Of a stretch of 62,913 bases of DNA, positions 9,216 to 18,859 are shown piece by piece. The DNA comes from Flavobacteriales bacterium (GTDB taxonomy: Bacteria > Bacteroidota > Bacteroidia > Flavobacteriales_G > JALEGO01): contig JAHDHZ010000007.1 in assembly GCA_020631045.1 (NCBI GenBank), positions 1 to 62,913 on the forward strand, given 5' to 3'. The notes under the pieces are model-generated. The model ran no database searches and was not told the DNA's origin. It saw nothing but the letters and a program-made list of their open reading frames with translations. The position numbers and the translations under genes are program-made. Numbering within the stretch: the stretch's first letter is position 1; every line of letters starts with the position of its first letter.

Positions 9216-10604
9216 ATGGGTGAACTTCTAGAACATATCGAGATTGAATCCTTTGCTGCAAAAGGCAAAGCACTTGCAAGATACGACGGAAAAGTCATTT
9301 TTGTCAAACAGGCTGTTGTAGGTGATGTGGTAGACATTAATATATACAGAAAGAAAAGAAAGTATTCTGAAGCAGAAATTGTTAAAATTCATAAATACTC
9401 AGACTTAAGAACCACTCCTTTTTGCGAGCACTTTGGCACTTGTGGTGGGTGTAAATGGCAAAATTTATCTTATTCGCATCAATTACAATTCAAACAAAAT
9501 GAAGTTGTTGAGAATATGAAGCGCATTGCCAAACAAAAAGAATTCAACATTCAACCAATTATTCCTTCTAAAAATCAACAGTTTTACAGAAATAAACTTG
9601 AGTACACTTTTTCTAACAAAGCCTGGGTTGATGACAAAGAACAATTCAAAGCTCAAGGAGCACAACAAAATGCTTTAGGTTTTCATGTTCCAGGGAGGTT
9701 CGATAAAGTATTAAGCATTGATAAGTGTTATTTACAAAATGATCTACAAAACAAGATTAGAAATTTTGTTGAAGACTACTGTAATGAGCATGACTATGCT
9801 TTTTATGACATTAGAAAGCATGAAGGATTGATGCGCAATTTGATCTTAAAAAGTACCCAAGATGGTCAATGGATGGTGATTTTAATTTTTGCTCAAAATC
9901 AACAAACCAAAATCACAGAACTTTTAGATGCTTTAAAACAAACATTTTCTGAAATTTCATCACTTTATTTTGCCATAAACACAAAACTAAACGACAGTAC
10001 TTTTGATTTGCATATGCAACATTACTGTGGAAGTAAAATCATCACAGAAAAACTGAAAGAGTATACTTACCAAATTGGCCCTAAATCTTTTTTTCAGGTT
10101 AACATTGAGCAAACTGTTGCGTTATATGACAAAATCATTGAGTTTGCTGCATTTAAAAAATCTGATCTGGTCTATGATTTATATTGCGGTGCAGGAAGCA
10201 TAGGAATTTATATCTCTAAACTCGTTAAAAAGGTCATTGGTATTGAATATGTTGAAGAGGCTGTAAAAGATGCCAAAGAAAATAATCATTTAAACAAGGT
10301 TGAGAACCTTGAATATTTTGCTGGAGATATGCACAAAGTATTGACCAAAGAATTTATACAGCTAAATAGTCAAGCTGATGTCGTTATTTTAGATCCTCCC
10401 AGAGCTGGAATGCACCCTAAAGTGTGTCAAAGACTTCTTGAGATGAGTGTTGAAAAGATTGTTTACGTAAGCTGCAACTCTGCCACACAAGCTAGAGATA
10501 TTGAAATTTTATCTTCTAAATATAACCTTGTTGAAATTTGCCCCGTAGATATGTTTCCGCACACACATCATGTAGAAAATGTGGCACTTTTAACACTAAA
10601 GTGA
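9216..10604 (+). CDS. rlmD: 23S rRNA (uracil(1939)-C5)-methyltransferase RlmD
   Basis: TRAM domain, CEHFGTCGGC, SFFQVN, DLYCGAG, DPPRAG, YVSCN, DMFPHTHHVE. Confidence 0.93.
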   Translation: MGELLEHIEIESFAAKGKALARYDGKVIFVKQAVVGDVVDINIYRKKRKYSEAEIVKIHKYSDLRTTPFCEHFGTCGGCKWQNLSYSHQLQFKQNEVVENMKRIAKQKEFNIQPIIPSKNQQFYRNKLEYTFSNKAWVDDKEQFKAQGAQQNALGFHVPGRFDKVLSIDKCYLQNDLQNKIRNFVEDYCNEHDYAFYDIRKHEGLMRNLILKSTQDGQWMVILIFAQNQQTKITELLDALKQTFSEISSLYFAINTKLNDSTFDLHMQHYCGSKIITEKLKEYTYQIGPKSFFQVNIEQTVALYDKIIEFAAFKKSDLVYDLYCGAGSIGIYISKLVKKVIGIEYVEEAVKDAKENNHLNKVENLEYFAGDMHKVLTKEFIQLNSQADVVILDPPRAGMHPKVCQRLLEMSVEKIVYVSCNSATQARDIEILSSKYNLVEICPVDMFPHTHHVENVALLTLK

Positions 10605-11104
10605 GAGTTGAAAAACCATATCATCAAGCATTAAAAGCCTTTAGTGAGCTCAACCAGTTAAGCTACAAAGGGCCTATAACAGATGAATTCTTAACACCTT
10701 TATGGATTGTTAGTGAAGAGGTTTTTTTTAAAAATGCTTCTTCAAAAAAAGCGAAAAAACAACAACATATTCTTATTGAGCTTAGCCAAAACATCAATCA
10801 ACACAGCATCAATAAACAAGGTGAAATTGACATTGAATTCAATGAAAAAAAGCAAGCTACTATTTGTTGCTTTAATAAAATATCGAATGATCAAATTGTG
10901 GAGCTAAAACATCATTTACAAGAACTTTCTCAAGCCAGTCAAATAGGACTCACAAAATTATACATAAAGGGCTTGTCTAAAAAAATGACAAAAAAAACAG
11001 CTGGCTTAGGCCTCATTCAAGTATTCAAGTACGCAGAAAAAATTCAATATGATTTTATTGAAAAAAACGGACAATATTTTTATCTTTTAAAGGCTATTTT
11101 ATAA
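10601..11104 (+). CDS. SiaB-family (DUF6272-like) GHKL-type protein kinase, divergent
   Basis: LSYKGPIT, N-box ELSQNINQH, G-box TAGLGLI; GTG start overlaps rlmD stop (GTGA); directly upstream of a SiaC homolog. Confidence 0.7.
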   Translation: MRVEKPYHQALKAFSELNQLSYKGPITDEFLTPLWIVSEEVFFKNASSKKAKKQQHILIELSQNINQHSINKQGEIDIEFNEKKQATICCFNKISNDQIVELKHHLQELSQASQIGLTKLYIKGLSKKMTKKTAGLGLIQVFKYAEKIQYDFIEKNGQYFYLLKAIL

Positions 11105-11106
11105 AC

Positions 11107-11484
11107 ATGGAACCACTTATCATAAAAGCAACAGAATATACACCAGAAATTACTTTAGACAAAGAGGCTGCTTTATTTGAATTCAAAGGCAACTCTTTAC
11201 CAGAAAATGCTGTGAATTTCTTTGCTCCAGTTATTGAATGGTTTGAAGATTACAAAGAAAAGCCTCTAGAAAAAACAGAAGTCGTTTTTAATCTTGGTTA
11301 CATCAATTCTTCTTCTTCAAAAAAAATTATGGAAGTTTTAGAAGAACTAGAAGAAATCATGGATGAAAAAAAGGTACAAATCAATGTTTTCTGGAGATAT
11401 GAAGAAGATGATGAAGTAAATGAAGATACAGGAAAGGCCTTTCAAGAAATTACTTCTATTCCTTTTAAATTAGAGGTTTACTAA
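11107..11484 (+). CDS. SiaC-family (DUF1987) protein
   Basis: LIIKATEYTPEI, KGNSLPENA..FFAPVIEW, YINSSSSK, WRYEEDDE. Confidence 0.88.
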   Translation: MEPLIIKATEYTPEITLDKEAALFEFKGNSLPENAVNFFAPVIEWFEDYKEKPLEKTEVVFNLGYINSSSSKKIMEVLEELEEIMDEKKVQINVFWRYEEDDEVNEDTGKAFQEITSIPFKLEVY

Positions 11485-11510
11485 GAAACTGTTTAAATTT
11501 AAGCTTCTTC

Positions 11511-14018
11511 TTAAAACTCGAATCTTAGCCTTAGATTGATTCTCCTTGAGGTAAGAAAATTGGGAATCGCCCATCTATTGTTGCTGATGTCTTTGATCCA
11601 CAAATAAGAAATCGTATTGTTAATTTCAAATAAATTGAATACCTCTAGAGTTAGCCATATGTTGTTAAAATGCTTGAAAGCTCCTATGTTTTTACTTTGT
11701 GCATCCTTTAACAAAGCTGAAAATCCAATATCTACCCTTCTGTAAGGCGGAACCTGCAATGTATCTCTTGTTCTAAACAACAACTCTCCGTATGGAATTC
11801 TAGTGCCGTACAACATATTCAAATGTACCTTGAACTTTGGATTCCCCGGTAAGTAATCTTGAAAAAACAAACCAATATTTAATCTTTGATCTGTAGGCCT
11901 TGGAATAAATCCTGGACTTACCAATTGAGAATCTACTACTTGCTGATCAACAGTAAAGGGTCTGATAATTTCATTGTTGTCATTATAATAAACTAAATAA
12001 TCATCGCCCTGAATATCTTCTTTTGCGCTTAATAGAGAAAGGCTTAGCCAAGAATCAATGCCTTTGACAAATTCTCCGTTTAATTTAAAGTCTATGCCTG
12101 TAGTTTTTGATCTGGCTATTAAATCAGGGTAATAGCGAATTCTAACATTTTCAACAAAATAAGGCAAGACATTCCACCCATATTTATAATATGCTTCTGA
12201 ATTAAAAATAAAAGGGCGATTCCACATTGAAAAGCCTTTAGAAATACCAGCTACAATTTGAAAAGTTTGTTGTGCTTTCACATTTAAGTTTAAAGAACCG
12301 TCTAACCTTCTCAACTCTCTGTAAAATGCAGGCTGGTTATATAATCCCATTGACAAACGATAGGTCATTTGAGCAGAATCCCTCAAAGTTGAAAAGGTCA
12401 ATCTTGGGCTAACCAACACTTCTTTGTTCACAGTCCAATAATTAGAACGCACGCCAAGGTTTGAATGAATTTTTTTATCAAATAACTCAAACCATTTTGA
12501 ATGCTGAACAAAACCACTAAATCGATGAGAATTCAACTTATTATTTGAACGGATGGATTGATCAATTTCAAAGTCTGGATACGCTTGAAGCTCAGGGGAG
12601 GTATATCCAACCGAATCTTGTGGATGCACCAATGAATAGCCTGATGAATCAATCAAATTCCACTCTTTATACACATCATCAATGATCTCAAAATTGTGCT
12701 GCACACCTATTTTTAATTCAGATTGTTTAGGCATTGTTTTTAAAAACAATAACTTATTGGTAAATACTGAGGCATTAAAAGTGTTTCTGGCGTGGTCTAA
12801 AAATCCTCCAACCCCAAGAGTAAAAGTCTCATTTCCAAAATCTTCACTACCCAAATCAGCTTCTAATTCACTTAACCTGTAGAGCCCTAGAACATCGTAA
12901 AACTCTCGTTCATTTGAATGAAAAAATGAACTGATGTACTTCAATTTACTTCGATCAAACTGTTTTTCTGCAGAAAAAGCTGCTGTATAGGTATCAAACT
13001 TGTTTTGCTCCTCTCCTTCATAAAAGACACTTAAACGCAGGGCTTGTTGAATGGTTCCAAAATCAGTTTGTCTGCTCTGTGGTTTGAAATTATAAGCATT
13101 GGTGGCCACATTGATGAGCAGTGAAAATTTAAAATCTTCAATGGGTTGATAAGTCAAGAAAGATTGGTAGTCTAAAAAATTAGGAGCAAAACTTCCGTCA
13201 GTCTCTAAGGCTCCTAACAAATATCTATTGGTACGATATCTCAATGCATGCGACTGAGTAAACTTATGGTTCTTACTCTTATCTGCAATGTAAAATTGGG
13301 CTCCTAGCAAACTCATTGAAATGGCACCTGCACTAGAATCTACCTCTTTATAGGTTACATCAAGCACTGATGAGATTTTGTCTCCGTATTGAGCGGCAAA
13401 TCCACCCGCAGAAAAATACACAGACTCAACCATATCAGGGTTGATAAAACTCAAGCCTTCTTGCTGACCTGAACGTACTAAAAAAGGGCGATAGATTTCA
13501 ATATCATTTACATAAATCAAATTTTCATCAAAATTTCCGCCACGCACAGAATATTGAGCACTCATTTCATTTCTTGAACTTACGCCCGCTTGAGAAAACA
13601 ACAAAGATTCAAAACTTCCAGATGCCGTAGGTAAAGCTTTGAATTTTTTAGCATCAATTTCTTGCATTTCAGGCAACTTCTCAATGGCATTGTCTTCAAT
13701 ATTGATCTGAGGCAACGCCTTGGCATTAGAATAAAGCACAAAAGAGCCCAAGCTCTGATTGCAAGAGACTTGCTGTACAACCGTGTGAAATGATAAATGA
13801 GAGAAGACAAGGGTTAATTGCTTTTCAGAACTTTTGAATTCAAATCTTCCTTGATCATCAGTGATGCTTCCCAAGGTTGGATTTGATTGAGCATATACAT
13901 TCACACTTTCTAGCGCATTGCCAGAAGCGTCAACTACTCTGCCTTTGTACGTACAATCTTGTGCATAAGAAAATGCAAAAAGGGCTGATAAAATCAAACT
14001 TGATAGAACATACTTCAC
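11511..14018 (-). CDS. TonB-dependent receptor with N-terminal carboxypeptidase-regulatory-like domain
   Basis: TDDQGRF N-domain; plug YSVRGGNFDENLIYVNDIE, SAGGFAAQYGDKISSVLD; C-terminal aromatic residue (RFEF). Confidence 0.9.
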   Translation of the reverse strand: MKYVLSSLILSALFAFSYAQDCTYKGRVVDASGNALESVNVYAQSNPTLGSITDDQGRFEFKSSEKQLTLVFSHLSFHTVVQQVSCNQSLGSFVLYSNAKALPQINIEDNAIEKLPEMQEIDAKKFKALPTASGSFESLLFSQAGVSSRNEMSAQYSVRGGNFDENLIYVNDIEIYRPFLVRSGQQEGLSFINPDMVESVYFSAGGFAAQYGDKISSVLDVTYKEVDSSAGAISMSLLGAQFYIADKSKNHKFTQSHALRYRTNRYLLGALETDGSFAPNFLDYQSFLTYQPIEDFKFSLLINVATNAYNFKPQSRQTDFGTIQQALRLSVFYEGEEQNKFDTYTAAFSAEKQFDRSKLKYISSFFHSNEREFYDVLGLYRLSELEADLGSEDFGNETFTLGVGGFLDHARNTFNASVFTNKLLFLKTMPKQSELKIGVQHNFEIIDDVYKEWNLIDSSGYSLVHPQDSVGYTSPELQAYPDFEIDQSIRSNNKLNSHRFSGFVQHSKWFELFDKKIHSNLGVRSNYWTVNKEVLVSPRLTFSTLRDSAQMTYRLSMGLYNQPAFYRELRRLDGSLNLNVKAQQTFQIVAGISKGFSMWNRPFIFNSEAYYKYGWNVLPYFVENVRIRYYPDLIARSKTTGIDFKLNGEFVKGIDSWLSLSLLSAKEDIQGDDYLVYYNDNNEIIRPFTVDQQVVDSQLVSPGFIPRPTDQRLNIGLFFQDYLPGNPKFKVHLNMLYGTRIPYGELLFRTRDTLQVPPYRRVDIGFSALLKDAQSKNIGAFKHFNNIWLTLEVFNLFEINNTISYLWIKDISNNRWAIPNFLTSRRINLRLRFEF

Positions 14019-14023
14019 AACCT

Positions 14024-14031
14024 CAAAGGTA
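14024..14031 (-). promoter_or_regulatory. -7 box for the TonB-dependent receptor gene
   Basis: TACCTTTG 5 nt before the GTG start. Confidence 0.65.
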
Positions 14032-14088
14032 TTTGAATTTTATATGAAACCACGTTTTATTGTTATTATTGTGCTGTAAACTAAAAAA

Positions 14089-14679
14089 ATGGCCCTAGTC
14101 ACTCCGCTTTCTGAAAATCACGACAAAGAAGTTCAAGAACTGGCAGACTTTTTTAACGAAACGCTCGGATTTTGCCCTAACAGTGTGCTTACGATGCAAA
14201 TCAGACCTGCTATTGCTAAAGCATTTATTCACTTGAATAAAGCTGTGATGGACAATCAAGAATCTTTAACTGCTGAGTTGAAAAGATTGGTCGGATACCT
14301 CACCTCTCACGTTACGGGTTGTCAATACTGTAAAGCACATACCATACTTGCTGCCAAGCGTTATGGAGCAAGTGAGCAGCGTCTGAAAAATATATGGAAC
14401 TACAAAAACAGTTCACTTTACACAGAGCGCGAAAAAGCTGCATTTGATTTTGCCATTGCTGCATCAACAATTCCGAATGGTGTTGATCAACATATTGAAC
14501 AAAATTTAAAAAAGCATTTTACCGAAGGAGAGGTCGTAGAATTGTTAGGCGTTATCTCTTTGTTTGGATTTTTAAATAGGTGGAATGATTCTATGGCAAC
14601 AACACTAGAACAAGGAGCGATTCAGGCGGGTAGTAAATACCTACATGAAAACCACTGGGCTGTTGAAAAGCACAAGTAA
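14089..14679 (+). CDS. AhpD/carboxymuconolactone decarboxylase-family peroxidase-related protein
   Basis: LGFCPNS, GCQYCKAH, FLNRWNDS. Confidence 0.88.
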   Translation: MALVTPLSENHDKEVQELADFFNETLGFCPNSVLTMQIRPAIAKAFIHLNKAVMDNQESLTAELKRLVGYLTSHVTGCQYCKAHTILAAKRYGASEQRLKNIWNYKNSSLYTEREKAAFDFAIAASTIPNGVDQHIEQNLKKHFTEGEVVELLGVISLFGFLNRWNDSMATTLEQGAIQAGSKYLHENHWAVEKHK

Positions 14680-14681
14680 AT

Positions 14682-15389
14682 TTAACCTTGAGATAAAGTA
14701 TCGATTATAATTAAACCTGTAAGCGCAGCAGTTTCAACTCTTAATCTTTTTTTGCCTAAAGAAACTGCAATTACTTGATTTGACTCAGCCAACTGTACTT
14801 CTTTATCTGTAAAGTCTCCTTCTGGGCCAATAAGTAAAGAAATAGCATCACCCTTTAAGGGCAAGTGAGTAAGCCTTTTTTTGGTTGAATTTTGACAGTG
14901 CGCAATCAGCTTGAAATCAGAAACATCTTTTTCAAGAAATTCATTTAGTCGTGTAATTGGGTGGAGTTTGGGTAAAAAAGCACTTTGGGATTGCTTCATA
15001 GCAGAAATTAAAACCTTTTGCAAACGATCAGGGTTGTTGATTTTCTTACGCTCACTATTTTGAGAAACAATGGGCACAATTTGGTCAACACCAATTTCAC
15101 AAGCTTTTTCTAAAAACCAAGTGTAGCGATCTAAACTTTTAGTTAGCGCAACTGCCATAGTGATTGATACAGGTGCTTTTTTTTCAAAATTACGCTCTAA
15201 AACACTTAATTGTACATTTTTCTTATCTGCTTGTTCTATCAAACAAGTTGCTAAAAGCCCTTTACCGTTGGTCACTACAACCTTTGAACCTTGCGTTAAG
15301 CGCAGTACTTTTAAAAGATGATGAGCCTCTAACTGGTTGAGTAAAAAGCTTTCTTGTTGATCTAAGTCATGCTGATAGAATCTATGCAT
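14682..15389 (-). CDS. rsmE: 16S rRNA (uracil(1498)-N3)-methyltransferase
   Basis: HHLLKVLR, EKACEIGV, IGPEGDF, LGKKRLRVETAA. Confidence 0.95.
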   Translation of the reverse strand: MHRFYQHDLDQQESFLLNQLEAHHLLKVLRLTQGSKVVVTNGKGLLATCLIEQADKKNVQLSVLERNFEKKAPVSITMAVALTKSLDRYTWFLEKACEIGVDQIVPIVSQNSERKKINNPDRLQKVLISAMKQSQSAFLPKLHPITRLNEFLEKDVSDFKLIAHCQNSTKKRLTHLPLKGDAISLLIGPEGDFTDKEVQLAESNQVIAVSLGKKRLRVETAALTGLIIIDTLSQG

Positions 15390-15419
15390 CAGATAAAATT
15401 AAAAAACTTCAAATAGATC

Positions 15420-16166
15420 TTACAAGCCTTCATATATTTTAAATCGAAACAAGCCCTTTGATTGAATAAAATGTTGCAATGAGGTTTTTAAAACTCCAAG
15501 CCCATAGGTGACACTTCTCGAAAAATTAATCGAAGAGGCTTCTTCAAAATACTTGGTCGGACATGTAATTTCTGCGATTGAAAACTTAGCGTAAATAATC
15601 TGAGAAAGCATTTGATTGTCAAACACAAAATCATCTGAATTTTGGTCTAAAGGCAAACGCTCTAAGACTTCTTTTGAAAAGGCTCTAAAACCTGTATGGT
15701 ATTCAGAAAGTTTGTGATTACACAACAAGTTCTGTGAAAGTGTTAAAAATCGATTGGCCAAATATTTATACAATGGCATACCTCCCTGAAGAGCTCCTAC
15801 CCCTAAAATTCTTGAACCCAACACCGTATCATAAAGACCTTGAGCTATAAGGTAACACATTGATGGAATTAATTTAGGAGTGTACTGATAATCAGGATGT
15901 AACATTACCACAATGTCTGCTCCGATTTCTAAGGCCTTTTTATAACAGCTTTTTTGATTTCCACCATAACCCAAATTCTCATCATGCTGAATTACATAAT
16001 CTATATTTAATTTTTTAGCCAGCTTATAGGTGTCATCCGTACTGTTGTCATCTACTAAAATAACCTGATCAACTACATTAAAATCTATCTCTTTATATGT
16101 TTTTTCAAGCGTTTGTGAAGCATTGTAGGCAGGCATCACGACCACTATTTTTTTATCTCCTATCAT
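15420..16166 (-). CDS. GT2 glycosyltransferase (polyprenol-phosphate mannosyltransferase-like)
   Basis: VVMPAYNA, VDDNSTD, NLGYGGNQK, HPDYQY, VLGSR; ATG 16166 overlaps the upstream stop. Confidence 0.88.
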   Translation of the reverse strand: MIGDKKIVVVMPAYNASQTLEKTYKEIDFNVVDQVILVDDNSTDDTYKLAKKLNIDYVIQHDENLGYGGNQKSCYKKALEIGADIVVMLHPDYQYTPKLIPSMCYLIAQGLYDTVLGSRILGVGALQGGMPLYKYLANRFLTLSQNLLCNHKLSEYHTGFRAFSKEVLERLPLDQNSDDFVFDNQMLSQIIYAKFSIAEITCPTKYFEEASSINFSRSVTYGLGVLKTSLQHFIQSKGLFRFKIYEGL

Positions 16167-17434
16167 CTTTGCTGTGTTTGATTTACTGAATTGATTTGCA
16201 AGTAACCTATACATCGGTCATAATCATCTGAAAAACCTTTGTGATAAATCAATATCTGATAGTCATTCTCTGTCTGACGATGATTGCCTTCTGTAAAAGT
16301 ATAATCAAATAATTGTTTAGGCTCGTTATAAGTAGCGTATAAATAACTATGAAGACCTTGTTTTAACAACAAGTGTTTATAGTACACCTTGTAAGTAGTG
16401 TCGTATTTCATTTCACAATTACGCTTTTCTAATGAAGGGTTGCAAACACTTCCTGTAAGAAAAACAGGGGCATCTAATTGGTGTTTACTCTTTAAGCTAA
16501 ATTGAACTTTTAAATACTCACTAGAATTTTCTGCTTGAATGTTCAATTCATTGCCTATAATTGGCGTTCCATTAAAATCTTGTTGAAAAACATAAGCCAT
16601 TGAAGCTCTTTTTTGATCTGGATATAAATCTACTTCGACAGGATTGTTCAATATAATTTCTGAAACCATTGCTGGCTTATAATGAATTGACTTTAAATCA
16701 AGCATTCTGTATTCATTTGATCCGAAAAAATTAGATTGCTCATCCACCCCAAATTCAATCTCGTCTCCTTTCACAAACAAAGGTTCTAAACTTCTTGCAT
16801 GATTCCAATCTTGATTTTGAAAAGCTTTTACGTTCAAATCTTGATACGGTTGAGAAATTTGATAATTATTTTGAGCAAAAACACTGAAACTTAATTGCTG
16901 TTTTGATCTGGTATATTCTGCAGAAGAAGAAGGTAGAACATTTGCCTGAATCTGAACACGCTCTTCACACACAACAAAGCGTTTTTTAACAACCACCAAA
17001 GAAGTGTCATCATCTTGATAAACCTCTAGCAAATAATTGCCAGATCTCAAAAACTCAAACTGACTGTTAGGAATTTCAAGTTGGTAATGAATATAGTTTG
17101 AGTATTGGGCAGAAGAGTAGTCAATGTCAGTTATGTAATCCCAGTTATTTCCATTGATATACTCCATGGGCAATAAACTGCTTTTGTTAAAATGTGCATC
17201 ACAATGTGTTATTCTGTAAGCATAATCTTGAGGCTCAGCCAATAAATCGTCAAAAGAAAAAACTAAAGGTTGATCTGTATTTAAAAAATATACTGGAAAC
17301 GATAAAGGAGCATCTTTAGGATGCATTAATACAGTTTTAATATTGCTCTTCAATTCATATGTCTTCTGGGCATTACCAAGTGTAGTAAACACCAAAAGCA
17401 GCAGTAAAAAAATCATCAATTTAGACCTATTCAA
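16163..17434 (-). CDS. DUF5103 protein / T9SS plug protein
   Basis: FSFDDL..YAYRITHCD, YIHYQL, RSGNYLL, LLKQGLHSY, EGNHRQTENDYQILIY. Confidence 0.8.
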   Translation of the reverse strand: MNRSKLMIFLLLLLVFTTLGNAQKTYELKSNIKTVLMHPKDAPLSFPVYFLNTDQPLVFSFDDLLAEPQDYAYRITHCDAHFNKSSLLPMEYINGNNWDYITDIDYSSAQYSNYIHYQLEIPNSQFEFLRSGNYLLEVYQDDDTSLVVVKKRFVVCEERVQIQANVLPSSSAEYTRSKQQLSFSVFAQNNYQISQPYQDLNVKAFQNQDWNHARSLEPLFVKGDEIEFGVDEQSNFFGSNEYRMLDLKSIHYKPAMVSEIILNNPVEVDLYPDQKRASMAYVFQQDFNGTPIIGNELNIQAENSSEYLKVQFSLKSKHQLDAPVFLTGSVCNPSLEKRNCEMKYDTTYKVYYKHLLLKQGLHSYLYATYNEPKQLFDYTFTEGNHRQTENDYQILIYHKGFSDDYDRCIGYLQINSVNQTQQR

Positions 17435-17450
17435 AACAAAAATTATTTTG

Positions 17451-17492
17451 CGAATTTATATATAGTTTATTTAAATCTAATTTTTACATTTG
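17451..17492. promoter_or_regulatory. Divergent -7 boxes for the plug gene and the nqr operon
   Basis: TAAATTCG on minus strand (17451-17458); TACATTTG on plus strand (17485-17492). Confidence 0.6.
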
Positions 17493-17509
17493 TCATCAAA
17501 CAATTGTTA

Positions 17510-18853
17510 ATGGCCTCTAAAGTCATCAAAATAAGAAAAGGTGCTAATGTAAAGTTAAAAGGAGACGCACCACTCAAATTAATAGCTGAAGCTTCGTCTT
17601 CTGTTTACGCATTAAAACCAACTGATTTTCACGGGTTAACTCCAAAGCTCTCTGTAAAACAGGGCGATAAAGTAAAGGTGGGCTCTACCGTTTTCTTTGA
17701 TAAGAAAAGGCCTCAAATCAAGTTTACTTCTCCTGTAAGTGGTGTTGTAAAAGAAATTGTAAGAGGTGCAAAAAGAAAAATACTTGAAGTACTTATTGAA
17801 AATGATGGCAAAATGACTTGTGAGTCATTTAAAGTCGATACAAAAGACAGGGCAAGCATCATTCAAGCACTTACTTCTTCAGGACTTTGGCCATTTATTA
17901 GACAAAGACCTTTTTCAACAATCGCAAACCCTGAGCAGACACCAAAATCCATTTTCATCTCTGGATTTAACAGCAATCCTTTGGCTCCAGATTATAACTT
18001 TATCTTAAATGGTGAAAAACAAGCCATTCAATCTGCAATTGATGCACTCTCACTATTGACTGACGGAAAAATCTATTTAGGATTGCCTAAAAACAACGCT
18101 GCTGAAGATCTTAAAGGATTAAGCAATGTTCAAGTCAATACATTTGACGGTCCACATCCTGCTGGAAATGTAGGCATTCAAATACATCATATTTCTCCGA
18201 TCAATAAAGGAGACTTAATTTGGTATGTTGATGTTCAAAACCTAGTGAATATCGGTAAGTTTTTGAGTACGGGTAAATATGATGCTTCAAAAAAGATTGC
18301 CTTGGCAGGATCATCGCTTTCTGAAAGAGGTTATTTCAATGTGATCTCTGGTGCTCAAATATCTTCAATCACTCAAGATCGTGTGAATAATGACGCAGCG
18401 CGTTATATAAGCGGCAATCCTTTTACCGGATCTCAAATTGCAAAAGATGGGTACTTAGGGTTTTATGATGATCAAATCACCATCTTAAATGAAGTGCAAG
18501 ACGCTGAAATGTTTGGGTGGATCATCCCTTCACCAAAAAAGAAAAGTTTTTCAAGAGCATTTTTCAGCTGGCTTACTCCAAACAAATCATATGAGCTTAA
18601 CACCTCAATGAATGGTGAGGAGCGCGCTTTTGTGGTATCGGGTCAATACGAAAAATTATTGCCCATGGATGTGCTTCCTGTACAGCTCTTAAAATCAATC
18701 TTAATCGAAGATGTAGAATTGATGGAAAACTTAGGCATCTACGAAGTCGCTCCAGAAGATTTCGCCTTGTGTGAATTTGCTTGCACTTCAAAGCAAGATG
18801 CTCAAAAAATCATTCGAAAAGGATTAGACATCGTTCAAAAAGAATTTGAATAA
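17510..18853 (+). CDS. nqrA: Na+-translocating NADH:quinone reductase subunit A
   Basis: FTSPVSG, RGAKRK, GPHPAGNVG, LGIYEVAPEDFALCEFACTSK. Confidence 0.96.
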   Translation: MASKVIKIRKGANVKLKGDAPLKLIAEASSSVYALKPTDFHGLTPKLSVKQGDKVKVGSTVFFDKKRPQIKFTSPVSGVVKEIVRGAKRKILEVLIENDGKMTCESFKVDTKDRASIIQALTSSGLWPFIRQRPFSTIANPEQTPKSIFISGFNSNPLAPDYNFILNGEKQAIQSAIDALSLLTDGKIYLGLPKNNAAEDLKGLSNVQVNTFDGPHPAGNVGIQIHHISPINKGDLIWYVDVQNLVNIGKFLSTGKYDASKKIALAGSSLSERGYFNVISGAQISSITQDRVNNDAARYISGNPFTGSQIAKDGYLGFYDDQITILNEVQDAEMFGWIIPSPKKKSFSRAFFSWLTPNKSYELNTSMNGEERAFVVSGQYEKLLPMDVLPVQLLKSILIEDVELMENLGIYEVAPEDFALCEFACTSKQDAQKIIRKGLDIVQKEFE

Positions 18854-18859
18854 ATATTT

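Noticed and set aside
10538-10600. CxxC (CRKC) in the extended SiaB-like ORF
   Set aside because: Lies inside rlmD in another frame; the true start is probably GTG 10601
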